Source: Candidatus Sulfomarinibacteraceae bacterium (lineage in GTDB: Bacteria; Acidobacteriota; Thermoanaerobaculia; Thermoanaerobaculales; Sulfomarinibacteraceae). From it: DNA of 64,000 nucleotides. The stretch lies in assembly GCA_963796455.1 (NCBI GenBank), contig CAWCLO010000001.1:960001-1024000 (forward strand), read 5' to 3'. Position 1 is the stretch's first letter; each line of letters opens with the position of its first letter. A program made the position numbers and the translations under genes. Of this stretch, positions 1 through 9,950 are shown piece after piece. A model generated the notes under the pieces. The model was not told the origin of the DNA, made no database searches, and worked only from the letters and a program-made list of their open reading frames with translations.

Positions 1-1
1 C

Positions 2-1645
2 TTCGATCACGAGATCGAGGGCGATTCGCTGGTCATCGGCCGTTCTTCGCGGTGCGATCTTGCGGTCCTCGACCGCTGTCTCTCCAGACAACACGTCCGG
101 ATCTTCAAATCGGATGATGACTGGATGGTGGAGGATCTCGGGTCCAGAAATGGCACGACTCTCAATGGATTGCAGGTATCGAACCCGACCCGATTGCGAA
201 TCGGCGACACGATCGCCGCCTCGATGTCTGAGATCACATTCGGCGGTCCCGGGCTATTTGGAAATCACCCCGCGAGCGGTGATTCTCGGGCGCGGATCAG
301 TGAATCTTCCGACACCGACAGCCAGACCATCTTCCGGGCGGCAAGCGATATCCTCGCCGACTCGGAGCGCGAGCTCGCCGGCGCCGCTTTCGCCGCGAGC
401 GATGAGCTGCAGCGCGCTGCTACGCAACTTCGGGTTCTCAACGACATCCACCAGTCTTTAGCCGGGGCGACCACAACCGAGGAGCTTTTCGCGGAGATCC
501 TCGACCGCGTTTTTGCCCACTTCCGACCGCAAAACGCGGCGGTCTTCGTCAAGGACGGCGACCGTTTGATCCGCGCCGCGACGCGATCTGCCGTCGGCTG
601 CACGGAGGACTTTCCTGAATCATCGAGCTTGGCGAGGGAGGTCATCGACAAGGGCCTCGCGGCTGTTGTCCACGACACATCCACCGATATGAGATTCGCC
701 GGATCGGAGAGTCTCCTCGACGCCGGGGTACGTACGCTGGTCGCGGCGCCGCTTCTGACCCGCAAACTCGCGCTCGGGATGATCGTGCTCAGCTCGACCC
801 TCGCCGAGCGTCAGTTCGCCGAATCGGATATGGAGATGCTGACGGTCGTGGCCTCCGCGACCGGTCTGCGGTTGCGCAACCTCGCCCTCGCCGAGGAAGC
901 CGCCGAGCGGCAAAGATTCGAACGCGAGTTGGCCATCGCCCGGCGCATCCAGGTCGCGCTGCTGCCGGCCGCGATGCCGGAAGTGCCCGGCGTGCGGATT
1001 CACGGCGGCAACACACCATCGAGGGGAGTATCCGGCGACTATTTCCAAGTTGTCGATCGACCGGAACAGCATGAGGTGGCGTTGGTGATCGCCGACGTTT
1101 CGGGCAAGGGGATCGGCGCCTCCCTGCTGACCGGATACGTCGACGCACTGGTCATCGCCTACCTCGGGGAGAACCTCGAACCCGATGAGATCTTCAACCG
1201 GATTTCACCGCAGATGCATGCCAAAACACCGGTTGAGGCCTTTGCCACCGCTTTCCTCGGAATCTATTCGACCGACACCGGGAAGCTTCGTTTTGCCAGC
1301 GCGGGCCACGACCCCGCCCTCCTTGTTCGTTCATCGGGCGAGGTCGAGTTGCTCAGACCGACCGGGATGCCGCTCGGTCTGATGCCCGAGGCCCATTACA
1401 CCGCAACCGAGGCCGCGATGGGAATCGGCGACACCCTCGTCCTTTACACCGACGGCATTACCGAAGCCGCCAACCTTGAAGAAGATGAATTCGGCAGGAA
1501 GCGTCTGACAGCGACCTGCATCGAAAACCGGACCCGGACGGCGGAAGAGCTCGCCACGTCGATTCACCAACGGGTGCACCTTCACGTGGACGGTGTGCCC
1601 TACCACGACGACAGAACCTTGGTGATTCTGCAGCGGGTGGAGTAG
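2..1645 (+). CDS. FHA + GAF + SpoIIE/PP2C (RsbU-like) Ser/Thr phosphatase, 5' partial
   Basis: The frame is open from base 2 and reads an FHA signature (LVIGRSS...LSRQH...EDLGSRNGT). A GAF region follows, then PP2C motifs GDYF, ADVSGKG, YTDGITE and DDRTL. Confidence 0.9.
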   Translation, partial: FDHEIEGDSLVIGRSSRCDLAVLDRCLSRQHVRIFKSDDDWMVEDLGSRNGTTLNGLQVSNPTRLRIGDTIAASMSEITFGGPGLFGNHPASGDSRARISESSDTDSQTIFRAASDILADSERELAGAAFAASDELQRAATQLRVLNDIHQSLAGATTTEELFAEILDRVFAHFRPQNAAVFVKDGDRLIRAATRSAVGCTEDFPESSSLAREVIDKGLAAVVHDTSTDMRFAGSESLLDAGVRTLVAAPLLTRKLALGMIVLSSTLAERQFAESDMEMLTVVASATGLRLRNLALAEEAAERQRFERELAIARRIQVALLPAAMPEVPGVRIHGGNTPSRGVSGDYFQVVDRPEQHEVALVIADVSGKGIGASLLTGYVDALVIAYLGENLEPDEIFNRISPQMHAKTPVEAFATAFLGIYSTDTGKLRFASAGHDPALLVRSSGEVELLRPTGMPLGLMPEAHYTATEAAMGIGDTLVLYTDGITEAANLEEDEFGRKRLTATCIENRTRTAEELATSIHQRVHLHVDGVPYHDDRTLVILQRVE

Positions 1646-1756
1646 CTCGCGCCACCCCGCCACGAACGATTGTCGCGCTCTGCAGGCTTGATTCCAGGTC
1701 CACGTCGCAAAGTGACTGGTGATCCAGGTTAAGATATCCGCAGCGGAATCCTGAAA

Positions 1757-4465
1757 ATGCGTGATCTCATTGGTCTCACGCTCGATCACTACCGAATTGT
1801 CGAGAAAATCGGCGAAGGCGGAATGGGAATGGTTTATCGTGCCCACGACGAGACCCTCGATCGAGACGTGGCGATCAAGGTGCTGCCGGAAGAAGTGGCG
1901 CAGGACGCGGATCGGCTGGCCCGCTTTGAGCACGAAGCCAGGGCGGTCGCCAAACTCAATCACCCGAATATCCTCGCCATCCATGATTTCGAGGCCGAGG
2001 GCGAGATCACCTTTGCCGTCACCGAATTGCTCGAGGGTGAGTCACTGCGTGAGCGTCTTCTCAACCGGAGCGGCCCGCTGCCCTGGCGAAGGACCCGGGA
2101 AATCGGGGCCGCGGTGGCAACGGGTCTGGGGGCAGCCCACCACAAAGGAATTGTTCACCGGGACATCAAACCCGAGAATATTTTTCTGGTCAACGACGGC
2201 CGGGTCAAGATCCTCGATTTCGGGCTCGCCCAGGTCCACGAACCGGTGGACGCCAACGCCGATACAGCCACCCTCACCCCCGCCGGGACGGTGCCAGGCA
2301 GCGTGATGGGCACCGTCGGATACATGTCTCCGGAACAGGTTCGAGGTGAGCCGGCCGATGCGCGATCCGACATCTTTGCTCTCGGTTGTGTGCTCTTCGA
2401 AATGCTCGCGGGTCACCAGGCCTTCAAACGGGAAACCACCGCGGAGATCATGGCCGCGATTCTTCGCGAGGATCCGCCGTCCCTGGTCGAGTTTGGTATC
2501 GAGACCGCTCCCGAGGTCGAAAAAACAATCCAGCGTTGTCTGGAGAAAAACCCCGAGCGACGCTATCAGTCAGCGCGGGATCTGGCATTTGCAGTGGAGT
2601 CGCTGTCAGGCACGTCAGCCCCCGTCGCACCGGTCGAATCCGAACCATCCACCCGGTCACGTTCGTTGCCCCTGATCGCGGCAGCACTGGCTGTCCTTTC
2701 GGCTCTGTTGGTCGTGCTTCTCTGGCAGAAACCCACCGGCGCCGATCTCAGTACCTATCGATTCTCCCCCTTCGCTACGGGCGCCGAACCTGTGGGTGCG
2801 GCCGCCTGGTCCTATGATGGCCGCAGCATCGCCTACGTGAAACGCGCAAATGGTCGATCGAATATTTTTGTTCGCAGCCTCGACTCCGATTCGCCCGTCA
2901 AAATCACCGATTTTGACGGCCAAGGTGTCGACGCACCGTTCTGGTCGCCCGATGGAAGTCGGGTATGGTTTCGATCCGGTGGCAGGGTGATGTCTGTCGG
3001 ACGGGCGGGTGGGGAGCCTGAACTGGCCCAGGACGACACCTACGGGCGAGCCGGTGATCTGTCACCGGACGGACGAACTCTCGCCACCTGGCGATCTGAA
3101 AAGGAAAACGGAGTCTTCAGCGCCGGTGTCTGGCTTGCCGACCCGCCGACGGCCACACCAAGAAAATATGAACCCGCGCCATTTGAAATTACGGTACCCA
3201 ATTTTCCCGTATACCTGAAATTCTCCCCCGACGGAACACAGATACTGGCATCTTTTCCCGGGTCTGACGGCGTCGAGGTGTGGCTGCTTCCATTTCCGGA
3301 CGGGGAACCGGCATCTGGGAAATCCCGGAAGCTATTTTCAAATCATCCCTTTTCTGGATCGCCGGAGATCTCGTGGATGCCGGACGGCCGGCGCGTCGTG
3401 ATGGCCTTTCGAGAAAACCTCGGATCCAGAGCGAAACTCTGGATGGGGGACATTCGCGATGAAACGGTCCGACCTCTCACCGCAGGAGTCATCCCCGAAA
3501 GAGCGCCTGATGTCTCACCGGACGGTTTGACAATTGCCTTCAACTCGATTCGGAGCAATTTTGACATTGTGGAGGTTCAACTGGACGGCTCGCCACTGCG
3601 CGACCTGCTCACAAGCACTCAAGACGTGTATTCTGCGGCCTGGGTCCCCGGGAAAGACCGATTCGCCTATATGACCTCTCGAAATGGGCGCGTAGAAATC
3701 CGGGTTCGCAGCCGCTATGAAGACTGGGACCGCACCGTCGTATCCCAGAAAGACTTCCCCGATGACGTGACGAGAATCATGAGGGGTCCAATCGTTTCCC
3801 CGAACGGAAGTCAGATTGCGTTTGACCGGCAACCTGAAAACGGTCTCGCCGCCATCTGGATCTCGCCCACTGCCGGCGGAGCACCGACGAAGCTCGTCGA
3901 GACTATTGGAGCTCAATATGGGCCCGACTGGGGGCCGGACGGTAAATGGCTATCGTTTTTGTGGGCGAAGGGGGGCGCCATCAGCATCGCCAAGGTTCGG
4001 GTGGGTTCGAGCGACCCTCCCCAGACCCTGGTCGACGGCAATCTGGTGGCTTCCCTGATTCCCGCATGGTCACCGACGGGTGAATGGATCGTTTACTTTG
4101 GCCGCAACGAAACCGAGACCGGGCTCAGGTTGATCGACGCCGAAGGCACAACCTCACGTTTTCTCGCCGACATCGGTATCCCCGCGGGGTGGGTTTGGTC
4201 GCGCGACGGCGAGACGATCTACACTATCAAGGTCGATTCTGAAAACCCGCAACTCCTGGCGATAGACATCGAAACTGGCGCCGTGACCTCCATCGGCCAA
4301 TTTGGGGCAGAAAACACCTTCCAAGTCCCTTTCTCTCCCGGCATGAGATTCACTTTAGCCCCAGACGGCAAAAGCTTCTCCGCTTCGGTCTATCGAATCG
4401 ACAGCGACCTCTGGCTTCTCGAGGGTTTCGATCCAAAGAGGAATTGGCTCGATCGGTTCCGCTGA
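1757..4465 (+). CDS. Hanks-type Ser/Thr protein kinase with TM helix and TolB/PD40 beta-propeller
   Basis: GEGGMG, VAIK, HRDIKPEN, DFG and YMSPEQ motifs; a hydrophobic helix; repeated WSPDG/FSPDG motifs. Confidence 0.93.
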   Translation: MRDLIGLTLDHYRIVEKIGEGGMGMVYRAHDETLDRDVAIKVLPEEVAQDADRLARFEHEARAVAKLNHPNILAIHDFEAEGEITFAVTELLEGESLRERLLNRSGPLPWRRTREIGAAVATGLGAAHHKGIVHRDIKPENIFLVNDGRVKILDFGLAQVHEPVDANADTATLTPAGTVPGSVMGTVGYMSPEQVRGEPADARSDIFALGCVLFEMLAGHQAFKRETTAEIMAAILREDPPSLVEFGIETAPEVEKTIQRCLEKNPERRYQSARDLAFAVESLSGTSAPVAPVESEPSTRSRSLPLIAAALAVLSALLVVLLWQKPTGADLSTYRFSPFATGAEPVGAAAWSYDGRSIAYVKRANGRSNIFVRSLDSDSPVKITDFDGQGVDAPFWSPDGSRVWFRSGGRVMSVGRAGGEPELAQDDTYGRAGDLSPDGRTLATWRSEKENGVFSAGVWLADPPTATPRKYEPAPFEITVPNFPVYLKFSPDGTQILASFPGSDGVEVWLLPFPDGEPASGKSRKLFSNHPFSGSPEISWMPDGRRVVMAFRENLGSRAKLWMGDIRDETVRPLTAGVIPERAPDVSPDGLTIAFNSIRSNFDIVEVQLDGSPLRDLLTSTQDVYSAAWVPGKDRFAYMTSRNGRVEIRVRSRYEDWDRTVVSQKDFPDDVTRIMRGPIVSPNGSQIAFDRQPENGLAAIWISPTAGGAPTKLVETIGAQYGPDWGPDGKWLSFLWAKGGAISIAKVRVGSSDPPQTLVDGNLVASLIPAWSPTGEWIVYFGRNETETGLRLIDAEGTTSRFLADIGIPAGWVWSRDGETIYTIKVDSENPQLLAIDIETGAVTSIGQFGAENTFQVPFSPGMRFTLAPDGKSFSASVYRIDSDLWLLEGFDPKRNWLDRFR

Positions 4466-4571
4466 CCGATTCACGATCACGGGCCCAGCAATCTTGTCAA
4501 AATGACTGGCCTGAGCCGGGGTCTTGGTCCCCCCTGCTCCCTTTCTCCCTTTCTCCCTTTCGAGATCGGGT

Positions 4572-5801
4572 CTACCTCGACAGCTGATCCCAGATCGCCG
4601 CCATGCCCTCGTGTTCGGCGGCGAAGATCTCCACGAGGCGGGGGTCGAGGTGACGGCGGGGATCGAAGCGATCGTCGCCCTCCATAACGATGCGGCGAGT
4701 CTGCTCGTGGGTGAAGGCCGGTTTGTACGGGCGTTCGGAGCGCAGGGCGTCATAGATGTCGGCGAGGGTGACGATGCGGGCCGAGGCGGGGATCTCCCTG
4801 CCCTTGCGGCCGACCGGGTAGCCGCCGCCGTCCCATTGCTCGTGGTGGTTGAGGGCGATCTCGGCCGCCATTTGGAGGCGGTCGGAGGCCGAGAGAATCC
4901 GGTAGCCGTATTCAGGGTGGCGCTTCATCTCATGTCGCTCATCGTCATCGAGGGGGCCGTTTTTGCGCAGAATGGCGACGTTGATGCTCATCTTGCCCAC
5001 ATCGTGGAGCTGGGCCGAGTAACGGATTTCGTTGCAGAAGGACTTCGACTTGCCCATCTTTTCGGCCAGGAAAAATGAGTATTCATTGACCCGCTCGACA
5101 TGCTGAGCGGTGTTCTCATCGTGCAGTTCGGCCGCCCGCGACAAGAGATTGATCGAGATCTGGAACGCTTCCTCGGTCTCGTCCTGGAGCGCTGCGATGC
5201 GGGCGCGTTGTTCGCGCAGCGTCCGGTTGCGGTCGCGGAGGCGAAGATTCTGGGCCGAGATCCGGTCGAGCATATCGGCGCGCTCGATGGCGCCGCCGAC
5301 GATGTGGTTGAAGGGAACGATGAGATCGGCCTGTTCGCGCTCGAAAGGCACCGGGCCGTTGCCTGCGGCATCGAGACGATTGATGAGTTGCACGACACCA
5401 ATCGTCTCGCGATCATAGTTGAGGAGCGGGAAGCTGAGCATGGAGCGGCTGCGGTAGCCGTTGTCGCGGTCAAAACTGGGATCGAAGTCGAAGGGCAACT
5501 CGTCGGGAATATTGTAGAGATCGGCAACGAAGACCGTCTCGCCGGTGACCGCGGTATAACCGGCAATTGACGAGGTATTCAAGGGGACCACAAAACGTGA
5601 GGGTTCGAGCTCGATCCGGTCGTTCTGGGTGTTCGCCGCCTCGAGACGCTTGTCCTTGCCTCTGCCGCGGGTGACAAAGACAGTCCCCGCCTCGGCCCCG
5701 GTCAGACCGCGGCTCTTGAGCAACACCCGCCGCAGCAGTTCGTCCGCCGGCTGCGGTTTCGAGTATTCGATGAACTCCAGGAACTCTCTGAGGACGTCCA
5801 T
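4572..5801 (-). CDS. GAF + HD-GYP phosphodiesterase
   Basis: LHDVGK, HHEQWDGGGYP and ADIYDAL motifs; N-terminal GAF (SIAGY...DLY...GVVQLIN). Confidence 0.9.
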   Translation of the reverse strand: MDVLREFLEFIEYSKPQPADELLRRVLLKSRGLTGAEAGTVFVTRGRGKDKRLEAANTQNDRIELEPSRFVVPLNTSSIAGYTAVTGETVFVADLYNIPDELPFDFDPSFDRDNGYRSRSMLSFPLLNYDRETIGVVQLINRLDAAGNGPVPFEREQADLIVPFNHIVGGAIERADMLDRISAQNLRLRDRNRTLREQRARIAALQDETEEAFQISINLLSRAAELHDENTAQHVERVNEYSFFLAEKMGKSKSFCNEIRYSAQLHDVGKMSINVAILRKNGPLDDDERHEMKRHPEYGYRILSASDRLQMAAEIALNHHEQWDGGGYPVGRKGREIPASARIVTLADIYDALRSERPYKPAFTHEQTRRIVMEGDDRFDPRRHLDPRLVEIFAAEHEGMAAIWDQLSR

Positions 5802-5856
5802 CTGTGTTCCCCTCGATCAGAAAAATAAAACGGCAACTATCATACCGAATCCGAAC

Positions 5857-5892
5857 GCAAAACGACCCGGCAACGAGGGAGATGCCGGGTCG
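5857..5892 (-). terminator. Intrinsic terminator downstream of rpmG
   Basis: 10-bp stem CGACCCGGCA/TGCCGGGTCG followed by a short T run on the minus strand. Confidence 0.6.
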
Positions 5893-5932
5893 AGTTGGGG
5901 CACCCGTTTCGGGGCGCCGTGGCGTCCTCCGC

Positions 5933-6091
5933 TTAGCGGGACTCTTTGAAGACCACGTGTTTGCGCACGACCGGGTCGTACTTTTTGAGCTCGAGGCGCT
6001 CGGTGGTGTTCTGTTTGTTCTTTTTGACACTGTACATATAAGCACTCTCGGTGCTTTTGAGCTTGACGGTCACGCGATGTCCTTTGGCCAT
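5933..6091 (-). CDS. rpmG: 50S ribosomal protein L33 (52 aa, not in ORF track)
   Basis: Manual translation MAKGHRVTVKLKSTESAYMYSVKKNKQNTTERLELKKYDPVVRKHVVFKESR; GGAGG RBS upstream. Confidence 0.97.
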   Translation of the reverse strand: MAKGHRVTVKLKSTESAYMYSVKKNKQNTTERLELKKYDPVVRKHVVFKESR

Positions 6092-6192
6092 AGTTCCTCC
6101 ACTGTCTCAGCCGACGGATGATACTCATGGTGAGAAGTGGTGTCAAGTCTCTGGGGACCTGAGGCTTGGGGCCTGGGGCTTGGGGTTGCCGG

Positions 6193-6849
6193 CTAGATGC
6201 CGGCTTTCAACACTGCTCGCAGGATCCGCTCGAGTTCCTTTGCAAGATCGATCCAGAAACCCGCATAATCGGGATCACCTTTTTCGAAGGCCGCGCTTCC
6301 GCGAGGGTTCGCGGCGGGCTCGAGTCCCGTGACCAACAGCTGAGCGAGGTACAAAACCTTGAAGCCATCGCCGGCAGCGAGGTCTGGGAACACTTTTTCG
6401 ATCGCCTCGCCGATCTCCACAATCCTATCGCGCCGCCAACGCTGAAACCGAAAGACCTCCATCAGCTCGACGTTTTGCTCGAGGACCACCGGCATCACAC
6501 TGAGAAAACGGGTCAGAACGGGCCGCTCGCCCAGACTCCGGGCTATCAATTCGGCAAGGCGATCGATGCTCATCTCGCCATTGCAGCCCGAGAACTCGCT
6601 TTCGAGCGCCGTAAACCACTCGGCAAGTTCATCGCGCAACAGCAAGAGGAAGAGCTCTTCCCTGGTTCTGAAATACATCGATGCGATGCCTCGATCAACA
6701 TCGGCTTTTTGTCCAATGGTGTCCAGGGTGACCTCAACATAGGGCATGCGGGCAAAGGTCGACCGCGCGAGTTCGAAGATCTGCTGTTTGCGGACGGCCC
6801 GGTTTTCTTTGGCGCGTTTGAGCTTCTCGCGGTTGATCAGTCGTCCCAT
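6193..6849 (-). CDS. TetR/AcrR-family transcriptional regulator
   Basis: N-terminal HTH (VTLDTIGQKADVDRGIASMYFRTREELF). Confidence 0.8.
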   Translation of the reverse strand: MGRLINREKLKRAKENRAVRKQQIFELARSTFARMPYVEVTLDTIGQKADVDRGIASMYFRTREELFLLLLRDELAEWFTALESEFSGCNGEMSIDRLAELIARSLGERPVLTRFLSVMPVVLEQNVELMEVFRFQRWRRDRIVEIGEAIEKVFPDLAAGDGFKVLYLAQLLVTGLEPAANPRGSAAFEKGDPDYAGFWIDLAKELERILRAVLKAGI

Positions 6850-6883
6850 GGGCGCATTATCCTCGATTTTCCGGGGTGTGATG

Positions 6884-8038
6884 TCAGGCTGAATCTGCGA
6901 GCCGGATATGACCGGCCTTTGCGAGCTTCCAGAAGACGATGAGCGAGTCCACTTCGGACAAAGGTGAGACCCTGATCATCGACGCGATGTCGGTGTTGCC
7001 GTTGATACGGGAAAGGATGAAACCCTCTTCCGGCGAGAGATTCGAGCTCCGGAGATCATCGAGGGAGCCTTCGAGGCTTGGATAGGATTCGACGCGAACC
7101 CCATCCATCTCGATCGCGGCGAGGATCCGCGCCTCCAGCTCCTTGACCACGAGGGTCAACTCGCCGTTGTGTGGATCGAGGCTGGCGGCCGCGCGGATGT
7201 GGCGGGCGGCAGATTCAAAATCGCCGTCCTTGAAATAGGAATTGGAGAGCCCGATCAAGGCCTCGGGGCTGGTTGCCGGTGGCGCGATTTCCGTGCCCTC
7301 GACCTCGACTGCTTCGCTCGATTCCGCCTGGACGACCCGGGGACGAACGATTTTGATCGCGCCGTCTGAAATCTTGTGAAAAAGAATCTGGGACACGAAG
7401 AACTCGGTAGAGTGGGTGTGGAGACAGATGTCCTCGATCGAACGATCGTCGTCCACCGCTGCCAAGACACCCTTCCAACCGTGGTCCATCTCCTCGTCAT
7501 CGAGCAGATCAACGATCGCCACCGGCACGCACTGGGGCGACGGAATCACTTCCTTGATCGCCCGGCTGTGATCGATCCGGCGCATCCCCTCCATGACCAG
7601 CCCGGTGACATTGGCCGACATGGGAACCAGATCGTGATCGGGGAGCTCTCCATCGAGGAACTCGAAGCTCCCCTGCTCCCACGCAAAGAGATCGCAGATG
7701 TTTTCTTCGGCTTTGAGCCGCAACATGTGGTCGAGGGTTTCCTGGTCGAGAGCGCCGCCGGAAACCAGAATTTCACCCAGCATGCCGCCCTGTTCATCCT
7801 GCATGTCCATGGCCTGCGCCAGCGTTTCTTCGTCAATGACTCCCTTGGATACCAGAAAATGGCCCAGAAAACCCGTCGGATCGGAACTCGACGAGGACAC
7901 GATCTTGCCTTCGTCGAGGTAGATCTTCTTCTCCACGGTCCCGTTGGTGATGATCAAGGTGCCGGTCTGCTGCCCGTTGGACAACCATTGCAGCAGCTCT
8001 GCCAGGTTCATCGTTTCAAGGTTGCCGGTGATCGCCAT
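6884..8038 (-). CDS. DUF4388-domain protein with TPR-like repeat
   Basis: MAITGNLETMNLAELLQWL...TGTL and W..GSFEF patterns typical of DUF4388; TPR-like segment near the C-terminus. Confidence 0.8.
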   Translation of the reverse strand: MAITGNLETMNLAELLQWLSNGQQTGTLIITNGTVEKKIYLDEGKIVSSSSSDPTGFLGHFLVSKGVIDEETLAQAMDMQDEQGGMLGEILVSGGALDQETLDHMLRLKAEENICDLFAWEQGSFEFLDGELPDHDLVPMSANVTGLVMEGMRRIDHSRAIKEVIPSPQCVPVAIVDLLDDEEMDHGWKGVLAAVDDDRSIEDICLHTHSTEFFVSQILFHKISDGAIKIVRPRVVQAESSEAVEVEGTEIAPPATSPEALIGLSNSYFKDGDFESAARHIRAAASLDPHNGELTLVVKELEARILAAIEMDGVRVESYPSLEGSLDDLRSSNLSPEEGFILSRINGNTDIASMIRVSPLSEVDSLIVFWKLAKAGHIRLADSA

Positions 8039-8161
8039 CCTAGTTGTGGTACCCGATTCCGGTCGGCAGCAGCGGTGTTGAGTTCCTATTCATATCTACT
8101 CGAAAATATCCCACCACCTGTCCGGTGTCCATCGTTCTCTCTCTGGTGTTCATCAGCTGAT

Positions 8162-9919
8162 TCACTGGGTTTCGGGCAGATCGATGAAAAAAGTCGTCCC
8201 GGCCCCGGTCTCGGTTTCGAAACTGATGTCGCCACCGAGCTCCTCAACGATCGCCTTGGATATGTTCATTCCGAGACCCGTCCCACTGCGGTGGCGCCAG
8301 TCCGAATCCTCGAATTGCGCAAAGGCTTCAAAGACCCTGTCCCTGAACTCTTCACTGATCCCGGGTCCTCGGTCAGTCACCCGAATCCTCAGAAATCCGT
8401 CGTATCGGCCGATGTTCACGGTGACCGCTTCGTCGGCCGGGGAGAACCTCACGGCGTTCGAGAGCACATTCGTGACAACCTGGATGAGCCGGTCTGGATC
8501 GACCGTCACCCTGGCCTCGGGGATGGAATTCTCCAGCTCGAATCGTACGTTGTACCGCTCTCCATAAGCGGCGGTAGCCTCGATCGCCTGCTCGACCACC
8601 GGAGCCAACTCCACGGTCTCGAGATGAAACGCCATGTGGCCCGACTCGAGCTTTCGTGACGCCAGAATGTCGTTGACCAGGCGCTCCAGCCTTTCGCTGT
8701 GTCTCAGAGCGATCGCCACCAGTTCGCGCCCGCGGTCGCCGAGATCCCCCGCCACCCCACCATCGAGCAACCCGATCGCCCCTCGAACGGCGGTCAGTGG
8801 GGTCCGAACCTCATGGTGGACCATGGTCACAAAATCGTCCTTCTGCGCTTCGATCCGCAAGCGTTCGCCGATGTCTGCGGCGACCAGGATGGAGCCCTTG
8901 GGCTCACCGGGTGAAGAGTCGATGCTTGCCAGCGCAACCAACACCGGCACGGTGCTTCCGTCTTCGGCCAGCAGATCTGTTTCGAGACCACGGGTGGCTC
9001 CGCTCGTCCTCCCGGCATGGAGAATCGAGGCATATCCTTCCGGCGCCGCGATGATTTCACCACAATAGCGACCGATCAAGTCATTCTCTTCAGCTCCAAC
9101 AAGAGTGCAGAGCGCCCGGTTGACCCGGTTGATGGTGCCGTCGGGCTCCGTCACGATCAGACACTCGCCCATATTCTCGAGCACGCTGTCGAGATAGTCC
9201 CGCGAAACCGTCGTCTCGCGCAAACGGCGGGTCATCTCGTTGAAAGCTTCTGCGAGCTGGCCGACCTCGTCGCTGGTGCGGACCGGAACCTGCGGTACCG
9301 GTTGACCCTCCGAAAGGGCGCGGGTAGCGCTGATGACTTCCTTCAGAGGTCGAGTTACGGCCTCGGTCAGAAGGGCGGCAGAAAGAACACCCAGCAGCGC
9401 GAAGATCGCCCCCACCAGGGCGGTCTTGCGCGCAAGAGCCGCTTGATCCTCCACCAGACCCGCCAGTGAATAACGAATGCGAAGCCCACCGAGATTCTGG
9501 CTGCCGATTCGCACCGCTTTGGTCACCGTCATCTCTTCGCCCGCGAACTCCACGAGCAGGGCATCAGATTCGGAGACATGGCGCCTCGCGGTTTCTCCGA
9601 TGGGTTCATGTCGCAGTGGATTGTCGACCGTGCCGTCGGTGATGATGCGTCCATCCGCACCAAAAACCGTCGCCTCCAGTAGATTGTCGTGAGCCAGAGC
9701 CTCGTCCAGCAACCGGCGCAGTTCGTGGACTTCGAGCAGGGCAAGTGGGTCGGTCACGCTGGCCGAGATCACGGTGGTCAGGAGTTTGCCCTTCTCGACG
9801 AGCTCCGACCGGAGGCGGTCGTTCTGCACCTGGACTGCGAGAGCGGTCAAAACCACACCGAAGGCGATGACGATCGCCGACACAAAGGCCACGAAACGAC
9901 CTCTTAGCCCGAGACGCAT
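8162..9919 (-). CDS. Membrane sensor histidine kinase (HAMP-PAS-HisKA-HATPase)
   Basis: Two TM helices, HAMP, HEVRTPL H-box, NAVRFS, DRGPG and GTGLG boxes. Confidence 0.92.
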   Translation of the reverse strand: MRLGLRGRFVAFVSAIVIAFGVVLTALAVQVQNDRLRSELVEKGKLLTTVISASVTDPLALLEVHELRRLLDEALAHDNLLEATVFGADGRIITDGTVDNPLRHEPIGETARRHVSESDALLVEFAGEEMTVTKAVRIGSQNLGGLRIRYSLAGLVEDQAALARKTALVGAIFALLGVLSAALLTEAVTRPLKEVISATRALSEGQPVPQVPVRTSDEVGQLAEAFNEMTRRLRETTVSRDYLDSVLENMGECLIVTEPDGTINRVNRALCTLVGAEENDLIGRYCGEIIAAPEGYASILHAGRTSGATRGLETDLLAEDGSTVPVLVALASIDSSPGEPKGSILVAADIGERLRIEAQKDDFVTMVHHEVRTPLTAVRGAIGLLDGGVAGDLGDRGRELVAIALRHSERLERLVNDILASRKLESGHMAFHLETVELAPVVEQAIEATAAYGERYNVRFELENSIPEARVTVDPDRLIQVVTNVLSNAVRFSPADEAVTVNIGRYDGFLRIRVTDRGPGISEEFRDRVFEAFAQFEDSDWRHRSGTGLGMNISKAIVEELGGDISFETETGAGTTFFIDLPETQ

Positions 9920-9950
9920 GACCTTTTTCCGTCGCTATTCACTGGTCCAT

